This document shows, piece by piece, positions 1 to 8,911 of a stretch of DNA of 32,000 bases. Position 1 is the first letter of the stretch. Every line of letters begins with the position of its first letter. The notes beneath the pieces are model-generated. The model had not been told where the DNA came from. It searched no databases and was given only the letters and a program-made list of their open reading frames with translations. Source of the DNA: Planctopirus limnophila DSM 3776 (GTDB taxonomy: Bacteria > Planctomycetota > Planctomycetia > Planctomycetales > Planctomycetaceae); the NCBI RefSeq assembly GCF_000092105.1, contig NC_014148.1, forward strand, positions 390,001 through 422,000, read 5' to 3'. A program made the translations under genes and the position numbers.

Positions 1-477
1 GTCGATCTTTTAAGAGGCATTGGCCGATTGATTGGCTGGAAAGTCATCGAGGTACCAGGGGCTACGGGTTATCTGGATACCGATTATGCAGCGAAAGGCC
101 GGTACGCGATTGACGCTTTGAAAAACGGCGTCGAGTTGATGGTCGTGCATGTCGAAGCGACCGACGAAGCTTCTCATGAGGGCCACGCCTTCGAAAAGGT
201 GAAAGCCCTCGAAGAAATCGACCGGCACATTGTCGGCCCTGTGCATGAATATCTGAAATCACAGGGCGAGTACCGCTTGCTCGTCTGCCCCGATCACCCC
301 ACGTTTCTGCGGACAAAAACGCACAGCCACGGCTATTCGCCCTTCGCGCTCTGTGGCACGAATGTTCCTCAGGACAATGCCACCCACTACAGCGAACCCG
401 AAGCCACCCGCGCCGGCACCCGCCTGACGCGAGGCTGCGACCTGATGAACCTGCTGGTGAATGGTGTGAAGGGCTAG
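1..477 (+). CDS. Cofactor-independent phosphoglycerate mutase family protein (archaeal ApgM type / proposed-homoserine-kinase clade), C-terminal part; the 5' end lies outside the window
   Basis: Frame 1 is open from base 1 (VDLLRGIGRL precedes the listed M at 28) to TAG at 475-477. The motifs VHVEATDEASHEG and CPDHPT...THS resemble the metal-binding signatures of ApgM-type mutases as I recall them. Confidence 0.8.
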   Translation, partial: VDLLRGIGRLIGWKVIEVPGATGYLDTDYAAKGRYAIDALKNGVELMVVHVEATDEASHEGHAFEKVKALEEIDRHIVGPVHEYLKSQGEYRLLVCPDHPTFLRTKTHSHGYSPFALCGTNVPQDNATHYSEPEATRAGTRLTRGCDLMNLLVNGVKG

Positions 478-540
478 TTTTTGGTGCCTTGATTAATGTT
501 TTCAGGCAGTGATCCCCGACGGAAATTATGATTTCGCACT

Positions 541-3165
541 CTACGGCAACAAAATTGCCCGGAAGAGTAAAGGAAACGTTCCTTGCGACCAGGCGCGGTA
601 ATGGGGGCGGAAGGCGAAGAGGTGGATTTTCCCCGCATCGACTTTAGCTTCGACCCAGGCTCCCTTCTGGGCCAGAACTTCTGGCCTTGCAATGAAACCC
701 GCCAGCAGCAGATTGTTTTCCGGATAGCTCGCTAAAGTCTTCAACTGCGATTTATTCGCTTTACCAGATTTCCCTTCATTCAGTTGCCACGCTGCAGAAC
801 CAGAAAACATCATGGGGATGGAATCGGGCAAACCGGCAGTTAATGGATCGTCTGCAGGCGTCACACGCAGCACACTGCCGGGACAGGAAAATCCTTCCGC
901 ATCCTTCGAAGTGACCACATTCTCGATGGGCAAACTGAACTGGGAAATCGCCCAGGCAGCTGATCCTTCCGTGGTGATCAACTTGCCACCCTGCTTCACG
1001 AACTGATCAATCGCCAGAATTCCCTCCGGCCCCAGCCCACCGGCGTAGCGTTCCTCAATCGTTCCTGGTGCCCGCCCTTCATTGATGGTTTTCGATGTCA
1101 CATCGGGGAGGATGAGGACATCGAGAAACTCCTGCAGTTCTCCCGCTTTAAGCATCTCGTTACGAACTGTGACAAAGGGGATTCCCGCATCATCCAGCAC
1201 CCAGCGCAGCCAACCTTCATCCATGCTCGCTGTCCATGGTGCATAAAGTCCAATTCTGGGCAGACGGGAAATCGTCACCTTCTCTGTGGCTTCATCCATA
1301 CCAAATGGAGAGTTGGCAGGACGCATTAAGCCGGTCAGTTTTCCCTGGGTGGCCACCTCCCACGCATCACCACGACCCAGGCTGGCTGTAAGTGCTTTCC
1401 ATGAGCCTGAATCTCTGGTGGACAATGTCTGCCGGTCGCCAGCGGCAATACGCGCATCAATGGTCATGCCGCGGATTGCTTCATCAGCCGTGGCGACAGG
1501 CTGCAGATCGTCAGGCAGATCTCCCAGCACCTCCACGCGGCGCAGTCCAAAAAGATGGGCCAACGCCCAGCCAGAGACATCGTAAGGTTTTTCCCCGGCA
1601 GGAAATCCCTTAAGCTCGAGCAGATCTTTCGCATGGCGACCATAGGGTTGATCACGACGTATCACGATCGATCCTGCAGGATAACTCCGGCCATCGATCA
1701 GCAGGGGCTTGGTGGCCACATGCAGCTCGATTCCCGAAAGCAGCAGAATATCGGCAAACCGACGAATGGCGTGGCGATCCACCTGTTGAGCCGGAATGAT
1801 CCAGCCCCGCACGCCATTTCCATGGCCATCGCTGATGGCTCGACTGGCGGCGGCGTGTGTCGTTTCCAGCCAGAATCGAGGCTCCCGGCTGACACTGCTC
1901 AACATCGACTTTGCAAAGGCGAGTTCGTAGTTGACGATATCCTGCAGTCGCCACCAACCTCCCGGCCATGGATGAATAAACTGGTTGGAGGGGAGATATT
2001 CGGGCCGCTGGAGTGGATCTTTCAGTTCGCTGGGTTTGATGAAAACTGGCGAAGCGATGTTGACCGAAGCTGCTTCTGTCAGAATCCCCACCATGTTGTG
2101 GCGAGCTGGTACTGATCGATTCCCGCCGTTCCACCAGTTGTCGTAACCAATCCCCGTCGCAATTCCTGAATGCCCGGCCCGTGTCATGTCGGCGACAGCA
2201 CGAGTTCCCATGAGATTGATTGCTGCGACCACATCTCGATCCAGATTCGGATTGAGCGGATCGCGATAAGGTGGCACAAAAAACCGTTCGCGAGTCCCGG
2301 CACCATACTGATGGGCATCCCACATCACCTGCGGCTTCCACTCATGGTAAAGCAAGTGGGTCATCAGGCGCGCTTCGTTTTGCGTCAGGCTGAAGAAGTC
2401 ACGATTGTTGTCGTGCCCTGTGTAGAACTGATACAGCTTATTGAGAGCAGCTCCTTCATAGGGGGTACCAACCCGCTCCCGATAGAACGAAACGATATGA
2501 TCCACACCATCTGGATTCAGTGAAGGAATCAGCACCACGACGACGTTTTCGCGAATTTCACGCCAGGGGGCTTCATCGGAAGTTGCCAGGAGCCAGGCCA
2601 GCTGCATCCCCATTTCTGTTGAGGCTGGTTCATCGGAATGCATGCTGAGTGAGATCAGGACAATGGGTGTTCCCTGGGCGAGGGCCAATAGACGGTCATT
2701 GGCTGTTCCCAGCCGAGGATCGGCAATTAATCTGGCCTCTCGTTGAATTTCCGGCAGACGTGCCAGATTCGCAGGGCTGCTGATCACCGCCACCAGCAGA
2801 TCTCGCCCTTCAGTCGTCTTACCAGCATTCTGCAGCAACAATGCGTCGGATGCTTGATCGAGCTTCTGATAGTAACCTGCCACCTGTTTCCAGTCGGCAA
2901 GCTGAAAGTCGGTTCCTACCGGCCGCCCCAGGTAGGTTGCCGGGCTGCTGGAAATGTGGGGATTGGACTTGGCAAAAGGGACATCCAGATCGGGATTGGC
3001 CACGAACTGTTGAGCGATTTTTGCGTCTTGACCGATCGTCAAACCGGGATTGGCAACGAAGACGATGAGAAATACCAGAACCGGTAGTCGTGTGAACATT
3101 GGCGTAATGGCTGATTCACACCAGGCCTGCCTGAACTTCTGAGACATCGAACAGACTGCAAACAT
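541..3165 (-). CDS. Secreted M14-family zinc metallopeptidase (carboxypeptidase-like) with a large C-terminal extension that looks class-I glutamine-amidotransferase-like
   Basis: 874-aa ORF. HSDE (HxxE zinc motif), NPDG, a downstream His in WDAHQYG and LTEAAS (catalytic Glu context) fit M14. An internal ATG at 3099 gives MFTRLPVLVFLIVFVANPGLTIG, a textbook signal peptide, so the true start may be 3099 rather than 3165. Confidence 0.85.
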   Translation of the reverse strand: MFAVCSMSQKFRQAWCESAITPMFTRLPVLVFLIVFVANPGLTIGQDAKIAQQFVANPDLDVPFAKSNPHISSSPATYLGRPVGTDFQLADWKQVAGYYQKLDQASDALLLQNAGKTTEGRDLLVAVISSPANLARLPEIQREARLIADPRLGTANDRLLALAQGTPIVLISLSMHSDEPASTEMGMQLAWLLATSDEAPWREIRENVVVVLIPSLNPDGVDHIVSFYRERVGTPYEGAALNKLYQFYTGHDNNRDFFSLTQNEARLMTHLLYHEWKPQVMWDAHQYGAGTRERFFVPPYRDPLNPNLDRDVVAAINLMGTRAVADMTRAGHSGIATGIGYDNWWNGGNRSVPARHNMVGILTEAASVNIASPVFIKPSELKDPLQRPEYLPSNQFIHPWPGGWWRLQDIVNYELAFAKSMLSSVSREPRFWLETTHAAASRAISDGHGNGVRGWIIPAQQVDRHAIRRFADILLLSGIELHVATKPLLIDGRSYPAGSIVIRRDQPYGRHAKDLLELKGFPAGEKPYDVSGWALAHLFGLRRVEVLGDLPDDLQPVATADEAIRGMTIDARIAAGDRQTLSTRDSGSWKALTASLGRGDAWEVATQGKLTGLMRPANSPFGMDEATEKVTISRLPRIGLYAPWTASMDEGWLRWVLDDAGIPFVTVRNEMLKAGELQEFLDVLILPDVTSKTINEGRAPGTIEERYAGGLGPEGILAIDQFVKQGGKLITTEGSAAWAISQFSLPIENVVTSKDAEGFSCPGSVLRVTPADDPLTAGLPDSIPMMFSGSAAWQLNEGKSGKANKSQLKTLASYPENNLLLAGFIARPEVLAQKGAWVEAKVDAGKIHLFAFRPHYRAWSQGTFPLLFRAILLP

Positions 3166-3198
3166 CCGGATTCCTCACTGACTCTCGGGATTTCCCAC

Positions 3199-3504
3199 TC
3201 ACAAAGTCACATTTCTGGAGTCGATCCTGTCGACTTCTTTGAGTTTGCATCGGGGAGCGAACCCTCCGCCTACCCATCCGGGATAACCAGCATGGCTGGG
3301 ACTTGTCCAGCGGGAGTTGCGATCGATCCTGACATTTTCTTCGGCGGGATGCAGCACTTTGGGACTCGCTACAACCGGCACATCATGAATTCTCTCTACA
3401 AGTGTCAGACTGCCCTGTGATTTGCGCAGGAATCCCAATTTGTGTCGTCGTAAACTCTTAACATTCGTCGGAATCGCCGATTCATAGGGTGTCGCGGTTG
3501 TCAC
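3199..3504 (-). CDS. Hypothetical protein (101 aa), family not recognised
   Basis: GTG-initiated ORF with an AGGTGA Shine-Dalgarno-like box 3 nt upstream. It lies 33 nt upstream of, and on the same strand as, the M14 peptidase gene. I recognise no motifs, and codon usage looks unremarkable. Confidence 0.35.
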   Translation of the reverse strand: MTTATPYESAIPTNVKSLRRHKLGFLRKSQGSLTLVERIHDVPVVASPKVLHPAEENVRIDRNSRWTSPSHAGYPGWVGGGFAPRCKLKEVDRIDSRNVTL

Positions 3505-3768
3505 GGTTCACCTGGCAAAGTCAGCCATCAGAGGTGAAACGATCATGACGACCCTGAGTCCCATCTCTCGAATCTCTGTGACGCCTGCTGATGACCAGCA
3601 CTTTCCATCCATGACGGATGGGCCCATGACGGGCAGCGTCACAGAACATTCGAGGTCTGGGATTCGGTTTCAAACAACAATTTATGACCGCAGAGCCACA
3701 CCCCTCCAGCATCTGCAACGGACGCACATGGCCGTGCTCGATCTGGACAGCACACAGGAGATTGCCCG

Positions 3769-3966
3769 ATGCTTGTCCTCTCACGTCAACGCGATGAAAG
3801 CATTTTCATCGGAGATAACATCAAGATCACCATCGTCGATATTCGCGGCGACAAAGTTCGGCTGGGCATTGAAGCCCCGACTGAAGTCCCCGTTCATCGG
3901 CAGGAAGTTTACGAAGCGATTCAACGCGAGAATCAGCGAACCGTTGAGCCTGTTGCCAAGTCCTAA
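3769..3966 (+). CDS. csrA: Carbon storage regulator CsrA (RNA-binding global regulator)
   Basis: 65 aa. [49 protein letters not shown] is the canonical CsrA/RsmA sequence pattern. An AGGAG box lies 8 nt upstream of the ATG. Confidence 0.95.
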   Translation: MLVLSRQRDESIFIGDNIKITIVDIRGDKVRLGIEAPTEVPVHRQEVYEAIQRENQRTVEPVAKS

Positions 3967-4506
3967 GGACGTTATCGAGCACCAGGTGCGAGAAATGATC
4001 GGTTGTGTTCCCTGCTGTGGGTTGCAGGGATCGCAACAGACGATGATTCATCCAGCCCGGACGGTGTTGACGAAATCTGGAGTCCATGCCCATCCGTCAC
4101 TGGTGGGTTTATCGAGACAAATTTCGCGACTGCCAAGGCCTGTTGAAGAAATCATCTCGCGTCGACTCTGCTCTGATTTGGTCAACCATACTCAGGTTTT
4201 CACGGCAGGAGTCGCGGCTCCTGCTGGAGGCCTGGAGGTGCAAAAGCAGTTATCGAGACCATCGCCACAGGTGCATCCAATCATCAGTTGATCCGATCGA
4301 CAAGTGACGCCATGAGGCCCTTTTCGCTGGGACAACTCACCGTGCCTGATGGTCAAAAGTCTGATGAACTCCATTTTTGAGGGGAAGTGGAACCATCAGT
4401 ATTGAACATGCTCGAAACAACTTCTAAACATCGTGATCGTTATGAACAACGATTGATGGAGAAGTTGCGGTCGAGATGAAAAATGGCCGCTTGAAGCTGG
4501 CCTGAA

Positions 4507-4562
4507 ATGCACAACCGACGGCAATCTCATGCAGGAGATTCCCGTCGGTTGTCGCATTTTTT
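4507..4562 (+). terminator. Strong rho-independent terminator, best on the plus strand
   Basis: ATGC-ACAACCGACGG-c-AATCTC [atgcag] GAGATT-c-CCGTCGGTTGT-c-GCAT is followed by a run of 6 T (4557-4562). On the minus strand the same stem is followed only by TTCAGG, so it is a weaker terminator for cysC. Confidence 0.7.
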
Positions 4563-4666
4563 CAGGCTCTATCGAGTTCTCAATGTGCCATGCTTGCAGC
4601 TTTGGGCAAGCATGTTGTCAGAACTTTCACCACGCGGCCTTAAATGGCGATATGTGGCAAATCGAC

Positions 4667-5278
4667 TTACGCCTTCAGGTAGCCGTTCTGCTCGAGATAG
4701 GCCACCACTTCCTGAGCCAGTTCGGCAATCCCTTTGTTGTCCGAATCCAGGACGAGTTCGGGCTTTTCGGGTGCTTCGTAGGGGTCATCGATCCCGGTGA
4801 AGTTCTTGAGTTCGCCAGCACGTGCCTTCTTGTAGAGGCCCTTCGGATCACGCTTTTCGCAGGTTTCGAGCGAAGCGTTCACATAAATTTCGACGTACTC
4901 GCCTGGAGCCAGAATGGCGCGCACTTTATCGCGATCAGCCTTGTAAGGCGAAATGAAAGCCGTACCCACGATGGTACCAGAGGTGGCAAACAGCTTGGCC
5001 ACTTCACCAATCCGGCGGATGTTTTCAGCGCGATCTTCGGCGGAGAATCCGAGGTTCTTGTTCAAACCCATACGAATGTTATCGCCATCGAGCACAATCG
5101 TATGAATGCCACGCTGGTTCAGAAGATAATCGACTTCGTTGGCAATGGTGCTCTTGCCACAGGCGGAGAGCCCTGTGAACCACAGCACGGCTCCCTTGTG
5201 TCCCTTAATCTTTTCTCGCTCAGCACGGCTCACTTTGTGTTCATGCCAGGTCACGTTCGTCGCTTTTTGTTCGGTCAT
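4667..5278 (-). CDS. cysC: Adenylyl-sulfate (APS) kinase
   Basis: The P-loop context GAVLWFTGLSACGKSTIA, LDGDNIRMGLNKNLGFSAEDRAENIRR and FISPY are classic CysC. The N-terminus MTEQKATNVTWHEHKVSRAEREKIKGHKG aligns with the E. coli CysC N-terminus as I recall it. I therefore use the ATG at 5278 rather than the ORF-track start at 5353. Confidence 0.93.
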   Translation of the reverse strand: MTEQKATNVTWHEHKVSRAEREKIKGHKGAVLWFTGLSACGKSTIANEVDYLLNQRGIHTIVLDGDNIRMGLNKNLGFSAEDRAENIRRIGEVAKLFATSGTIVGTAFISPYKADRDKVRAILAPGEYVEIYVNASLETCEKRDPKGLYKKARAGELKNFTGIDDPYEAPEKPELVLDSDNKGIAELAQEVVAYLEQNGYLKA

Positions 5279-5802
5279 CAGAGGCACCTTCCCATTGGTC
5301 TGCAGATTCAATTCAAAACGGTTAAATATCATTCGGGAGCCATACAGGAACATCGAGTGCTCTGACGAGACTTCCTACAGGCCGAGGATTCTAAGCAAGA
5401 TCCAGCAATCCCTGGAGGTGTTGCAGGAAATCCGCAGGCATGCTGTACGTTGACTTGAAAGACCACTCGTGAAAGATCACCAGGAGAGGTGACTGGCACC
5501 AGAATACTGGGCCAATTTCAGTCTGCGATGGATGGACGTATGTCGCCTGTCGCAGCCGGAATTTCTTCCCGAGCCGTGATGTTAGGAAAAGTCTCGTCCG
5601 GATGGAAGCAGAAGTGGACAGGTGCTGCCAAGCGAGGCCCAAAGACGGGATCAATACTCAAGAGCACAGAGTTCAAGAGCGCACTGTTCGAGCCCAGAGG
5701 GGTATTACTCGAAGTTTGCCTGGTTCAGTTGAGCATTTGACCAGAGAGAGTGGCAAAACACGTCGAATGTCGAGGGAGTTTCTTTAAGTGAGGCGAACGG
5801 CC

Positions 5803-6348
5803 TTATCCGGCCAGCAACTCTTTCCGCAGTGCATCCAGATCGGCATTGATTCGCTCATTTCGATCCTGTTGCAGGCTAATCCCGGCCTCTTGCGGGAAGT
5901 CTTCCGCATCGTCAGTCGCGTATCCCGCACGGAGACTGGCTAATTTTCGAACGGCCTCGGCTTTTTTTGACTCCAGAGCTCGCTCAGTCGTTTGTAACTG
6001 CTCAAATGTATTCTGGGCTGCTCGATGCTGTTGTTGCAGACCCGCCACCAGGTCTTCGACCTCGGTTTTTCTGGCCAGAGCTAAACGGGCACCACTTTCG
6101 TTGCCACCTTGCAACTCGGTTTTGGCTCGATTCTGCCACGCCATAATCTGAGTCCGGCGTTCGGAGATTTCGCCCTCCATGCGATCGACTGCAAGACGTG
6201 CTGCCGTCACACTCCTCCGGGCGCCGGCAATTCCCTGATCCATCTCCTCGATAATTTTTTCCAGAGCCTGAACTGGGTCGGTTTCATCTTTCAGTAACTG
6301 GGAAAGATTGCAGGTTACGATATCTGTTAATCGGCTGAAGTAGTTCAT
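5803..6348 (-). CDS. pspA: PspA/IM30 (phage-shock protein A / Vipp1) family protein
   Basis: 181 aa, all coiled-coil. The N-terminus MNYFSRLTDIVTCNLSQLLKDETDPVQALEKIIEEMDQGIAGARRSV matches the PspA/IM30 pattern (F.R....I.A..N..L...EDP...L.Q.I.DM). Confidence 0.85.
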   Translation of the reverse strand: MNYFSRLTDIVTCNLSQLLKDETDPVQALEKIIEEMDQGIAGARRSVTAARLAVDRMEGEISERRTQIMAWQNRAKTELQGGNESGARLALARKTEVEDLVAGLQQQHRAAQNTFEQLQTTERALESKKAEAVRKLASLRAGYATDDAEDFPQEAGISLQQDRNERINADLDALRKELLAG

Positions 6349-6620
6349 AATGCGTACAACTCTCCACTGATATCAGGCTGCAGGCAGAGAAGATGACCTC
6401 CTCGAAACCACAAACCAGCTGGCCAGACGGCTTTCGAATCGATGAACGGCAGAATCATTTGTTCTTCAAACACAAATCTTCGATTCTCCATCCCAAAACC
6501 GATTGAATAGCTTCAAGAACGATTGAATATCGTTTGCGGATCACTTCTGGCAAGCACCTTCTGAGATTTTATCGTTTCCTGGGGTTTCTGTCTGAATGGA
6601 CTTTCTGCAGTACCGATTCC

Positions 6621-7289
6621 TTAATCCAGCTCCTGCGAGCGGCTTTCTCCGTCAGCCTCAGCCAGCAAATTCGGGAATTCGAGGATTCCGCGAGCCTGCA
6701 GCTTCTGTCGCAGCTTTTCTTTCGCCAGACGCAGACGACTTTTGGTGGTGGGCAGATTGGCTTCCAGCGAGTCAGCCACTTCGGGCAACGTCAACTGGTT
6801 GTAGTGGTGCAGAATGAACGTTAATCGCTGCTCTTCAGGAAGTTCTTTCAAAAACTCATCGACGAGTGCCGCGATTTCGCGAATATCAGCCACCTGTTCC
6901 GGGGAGCCGATCTCTCCCACCATGTTCTGCAACAGTTCGTCTTCTTCCTGGCGAGGTTGAATCGTATGGATCAAGGCGTCGCTCGACCTGCGGCGTAAGT
7001 TATCGACCAGCAGATTTCTGGCAATCCGAAACAGCCAGCCGCGAAATGCACCTCGCGGCAGATAATCCCACGACTGGTTATAAACCCGCAGCAACGTCTC
7101 CTGGGTCAGGTCTTCCGCCTGTTGCACGTCATGGATCTGACGCACGAAAAAACCCATCAGTGGCCCCTGATAACGCGATACCAACTGATTGAATGCCCGC
7201 GTCTCACCCGTCTGGACGGCCAGCATCAATTCATCATCCGTGGGGGCCTGAGAACTCATAAAACCAACAATATTCCTCGACATCAACAC
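6621..7289 (-). CDS. RNA polymerase sigma-70 family, ECF-type sigma factor
   Basis: Region 2 (AEDLTQETLLRVY, FRGWLFRIARNLLVDNLRRR) and region 4 (LPEEQRLTFILHHYNQLTLPEVADSLEANLPTTKSRLRLAKEKLR) are recognisable. The start is ambiguous: GTG 7289, ATG 7283 or ATG 7259 (MSSQAPTDDELMLAV). Confidence 0.9.
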   Translation of the reverse strand: MLMSRNIVGFMSSQAPTDDELMLAVQTGETRAFNQLVSRYQGPLMGFFVRQIHDVQQAEDLTQETLLRVYNQSWDYLPRGAFRGWLFRIARNLLVDNLRRRSSDALIHTIQPRQEEDELLQNMVGEIGSPEQVADIREIAALVDEFLKELPEEQRLTFILHHYNQLTLPEVADSLEANLPTTKSRLRLAKEKLRQKLQARGILEFPNLLAEADGESRSQELD

Positions 7290-7594
7290 GAACTGGCATT
7301 GTCTCTGGCAACGTGATCATCCAGCAGGGCGTGAACAAGTACCAGTTTTGCACGATCGCTGTCCGCGCAGCGTATGATTCCCTCTGTAAATTGTCTATCG
7401 TGAGGCAAGAGTTGGTTGTGCAGGAATCAGGCTGAAGTTTTGAATTTCTGTATAAACTTGAACCTCATAAACTGCAGAGATCGCCCAATCAGAGTTCGGT
7501 GAGCCAATCGCCCCCCGCGTGCAGCTATACAACTCGACAATGGATCGTTTCGCTTCGCAGAGTTTGCACCGCATTATTGACAAGTAGAATACCG

Positions 7595-8863
7595 ATGAGT
7601 TCGCAATCCCCCTCGAATACCAGTCCCACAATGTCGTTTGGAGCCAGCTCTTCGTGGCTCTGTTCGCTCGATGCCAGTTCGATTGTGGCTACACAGACTG
7701 GCCCGGCTCCTTTGGCAGATCTCTCACAGGCGGTTGCCAATGCTTGCCGCATGCCTTGCGATTTTCCCGCTCTGGGTGAAGCACTGATCCCTGATGATCG
7801 CGTGGTGATTGTGCTCAATCACCGTGTTCCCCGTCGGGAAGTGATCGTCAAAGAATTGTGGCAGATTCTGGCTGAAAGAGGCATCGCACCGGCTCAACTG
7901 ACCATTATCGACGCTCCTGTCTTATCGAAGCCATCGACGGATCCGAGGTCTCTACTCCCAACGGACATCGCCAGCGAAGTCCAATGGCAAATCCATCAAC
8001 CAGCCGATCCGCATGGTTCTGGCTATCTGGGCAGCAGTCTCAGTGGCGAACGAATTTATCTTTCACGGGCCTTGCTGGATGCCGATTTTATTATTCCCGT
8101 CTCCACCGTCGAAGCGGATCCCGTCCATGGTCTCTGCGGTGCCATCCACGCCATCTTTCCGGCTCTGACAAACCTCGAAAGTCTCCAGAGGCTTAACAAA
8201 GCCAGTCATGATGAATTGCATGCCGAAGACGAACGCCCCATTCGGCAACTCGCTGAAGAAGTCGCTGGGATGCTGGGTCTGCAGTTCTCCATCGAACTGG
8301 TTCCCGCGGCTGGTGGAACTGGAGTTGCTCAGGTGCTGGCAGGCCAACCGGATTCTGTCCATCGGCTGGGACGCCAGGCGATTCGTGAGCATTGGGTGCT
8401 CAATGTCGATCGCAGGTCAGAGACCGTTGTGGCTGCGGTCACAGGACAGACAGGGCAACCCTGCACTTGGGAAGATGTCAGCCGGGCTGCTCAGAATGCC
8501 CGCCGATTGGTCATTAATGGCGGGCGCGTTGTGTTACTCACCGACCTCTCTGCCGAATTGACCGAAGGCTGGGAGCTGGTTCGGGATTGCACACAACCTC
8601 GTGATGCCATTCGTCGTGTGAAAACCGTACAGCCTGTCGATGAAATCTCGATTGATCAGATGCTGAGAACAGCCGATTTTGCCACCGTCTATCTGCTCGG
8701 CGGGCCTGAGGGTGATATCCTGGAAGAGCTGTTTCTGCATCCGTTGGCCAGCCTGAAGGAAGTCGACCGGCTGCTGGAAGGAACCACCGATTGTATTCTG
8801 CTGGGTGGTGCACAATATGTGCGTGGGAAAGCCCGGCAAGCGCAGACTCATGTCGAGGATTGA
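7595..8863 (+). CDS. LarA-like (lactate racemase N-terminal domain, DUF2088) family protein, divergent
   Basis: ADFIIPVSTVEADPVHGLCGAIHAIFPAL...KASH resembles the LarA core (ADLLISEGFIESHFFAGFSGGRKSVLPG...MANH, from memory). I chose the ATG at 7595 (MSSQSPSNTS) over the GTG at 7499 listed in the ORF track. Confidence 0.7.
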   Translation: MSSQSPSNTSPTMSFGASSSWLCSLDASSIVATQTGPAPLADLSQAVANACRMPCDFPALGEALIPDDRVVIVLNHRVPRREVIVKELWQILAERGIAPAQLTIIDAPVLSKPSTDPRSLLPTDIASEVQWQIHQPADPHGSGYLGSSLSGERIYLSRALLDADFIIPVSTVEADPVHGLCGAIHAIFPALTNLESLQRLNKASHDELHAEDERPIRQLAEEVAGMLGLQFSIELVPAAGGTGVAQVLAGQPDSVHRLGRQAIREHWVLNVDRRSETVVAAVTGQTGQPCTWEDVSRAAQNARRLVINGGRVVLLTDLSAELTEGWELVRDCTQPRDAIRRVKTVQPVDEISIDQMLRTADFATVYLLGGPEGDILEELFLHPLASLKEVDRLLEGTTDCILLGGAQYVRGKARQAQTHVED

Positions 8864-8911
8864 TCGACATTTTATGGTTCTGGTTGTCCGTCCCCAATCA
8901 AGAGGCTCTTC

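Noticed and set aside
1555-2341. 186-aa (+) and 229-aa (-) alternative-frame ORFs inside the M14 peptidase gene
   Set aside because: They overlap a long ORF that carries intact M14 zinc-binding and catalytic motifs, and their composition is typical of off-frame translation.
3545-4291. 248-aa plus-strand ORF that engulfs csrA in another frame
   Set aside because: It overlaps the unmistakable csrA reading frame, has no recognisable motifs, and has a Ser/Arg/Pro-rich shadow-ORF composition. Only its tail (3995-4291) remains a weak small-ORF candidate, noted in the csrA finding.
3967-4562. CsrB/RsmZ-type CsrA-sponge sRNA downstream of csrA
   Set aside because: A hand count finds about a dozen GGA triplets in about 600 nt, close to the roughly 9 expected by chance. 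Only one or two sit in hairpin loops. There is no repeated stem-loop array like known sponges. The region is kept only as an unexplained terminated transcript.
4529-5365. 278-aa ORF antisense to cysC
   Set aside because: It lies fully antisense to a gene with textbook CysC motifs. Long antisense open frames are expected at this GC content.
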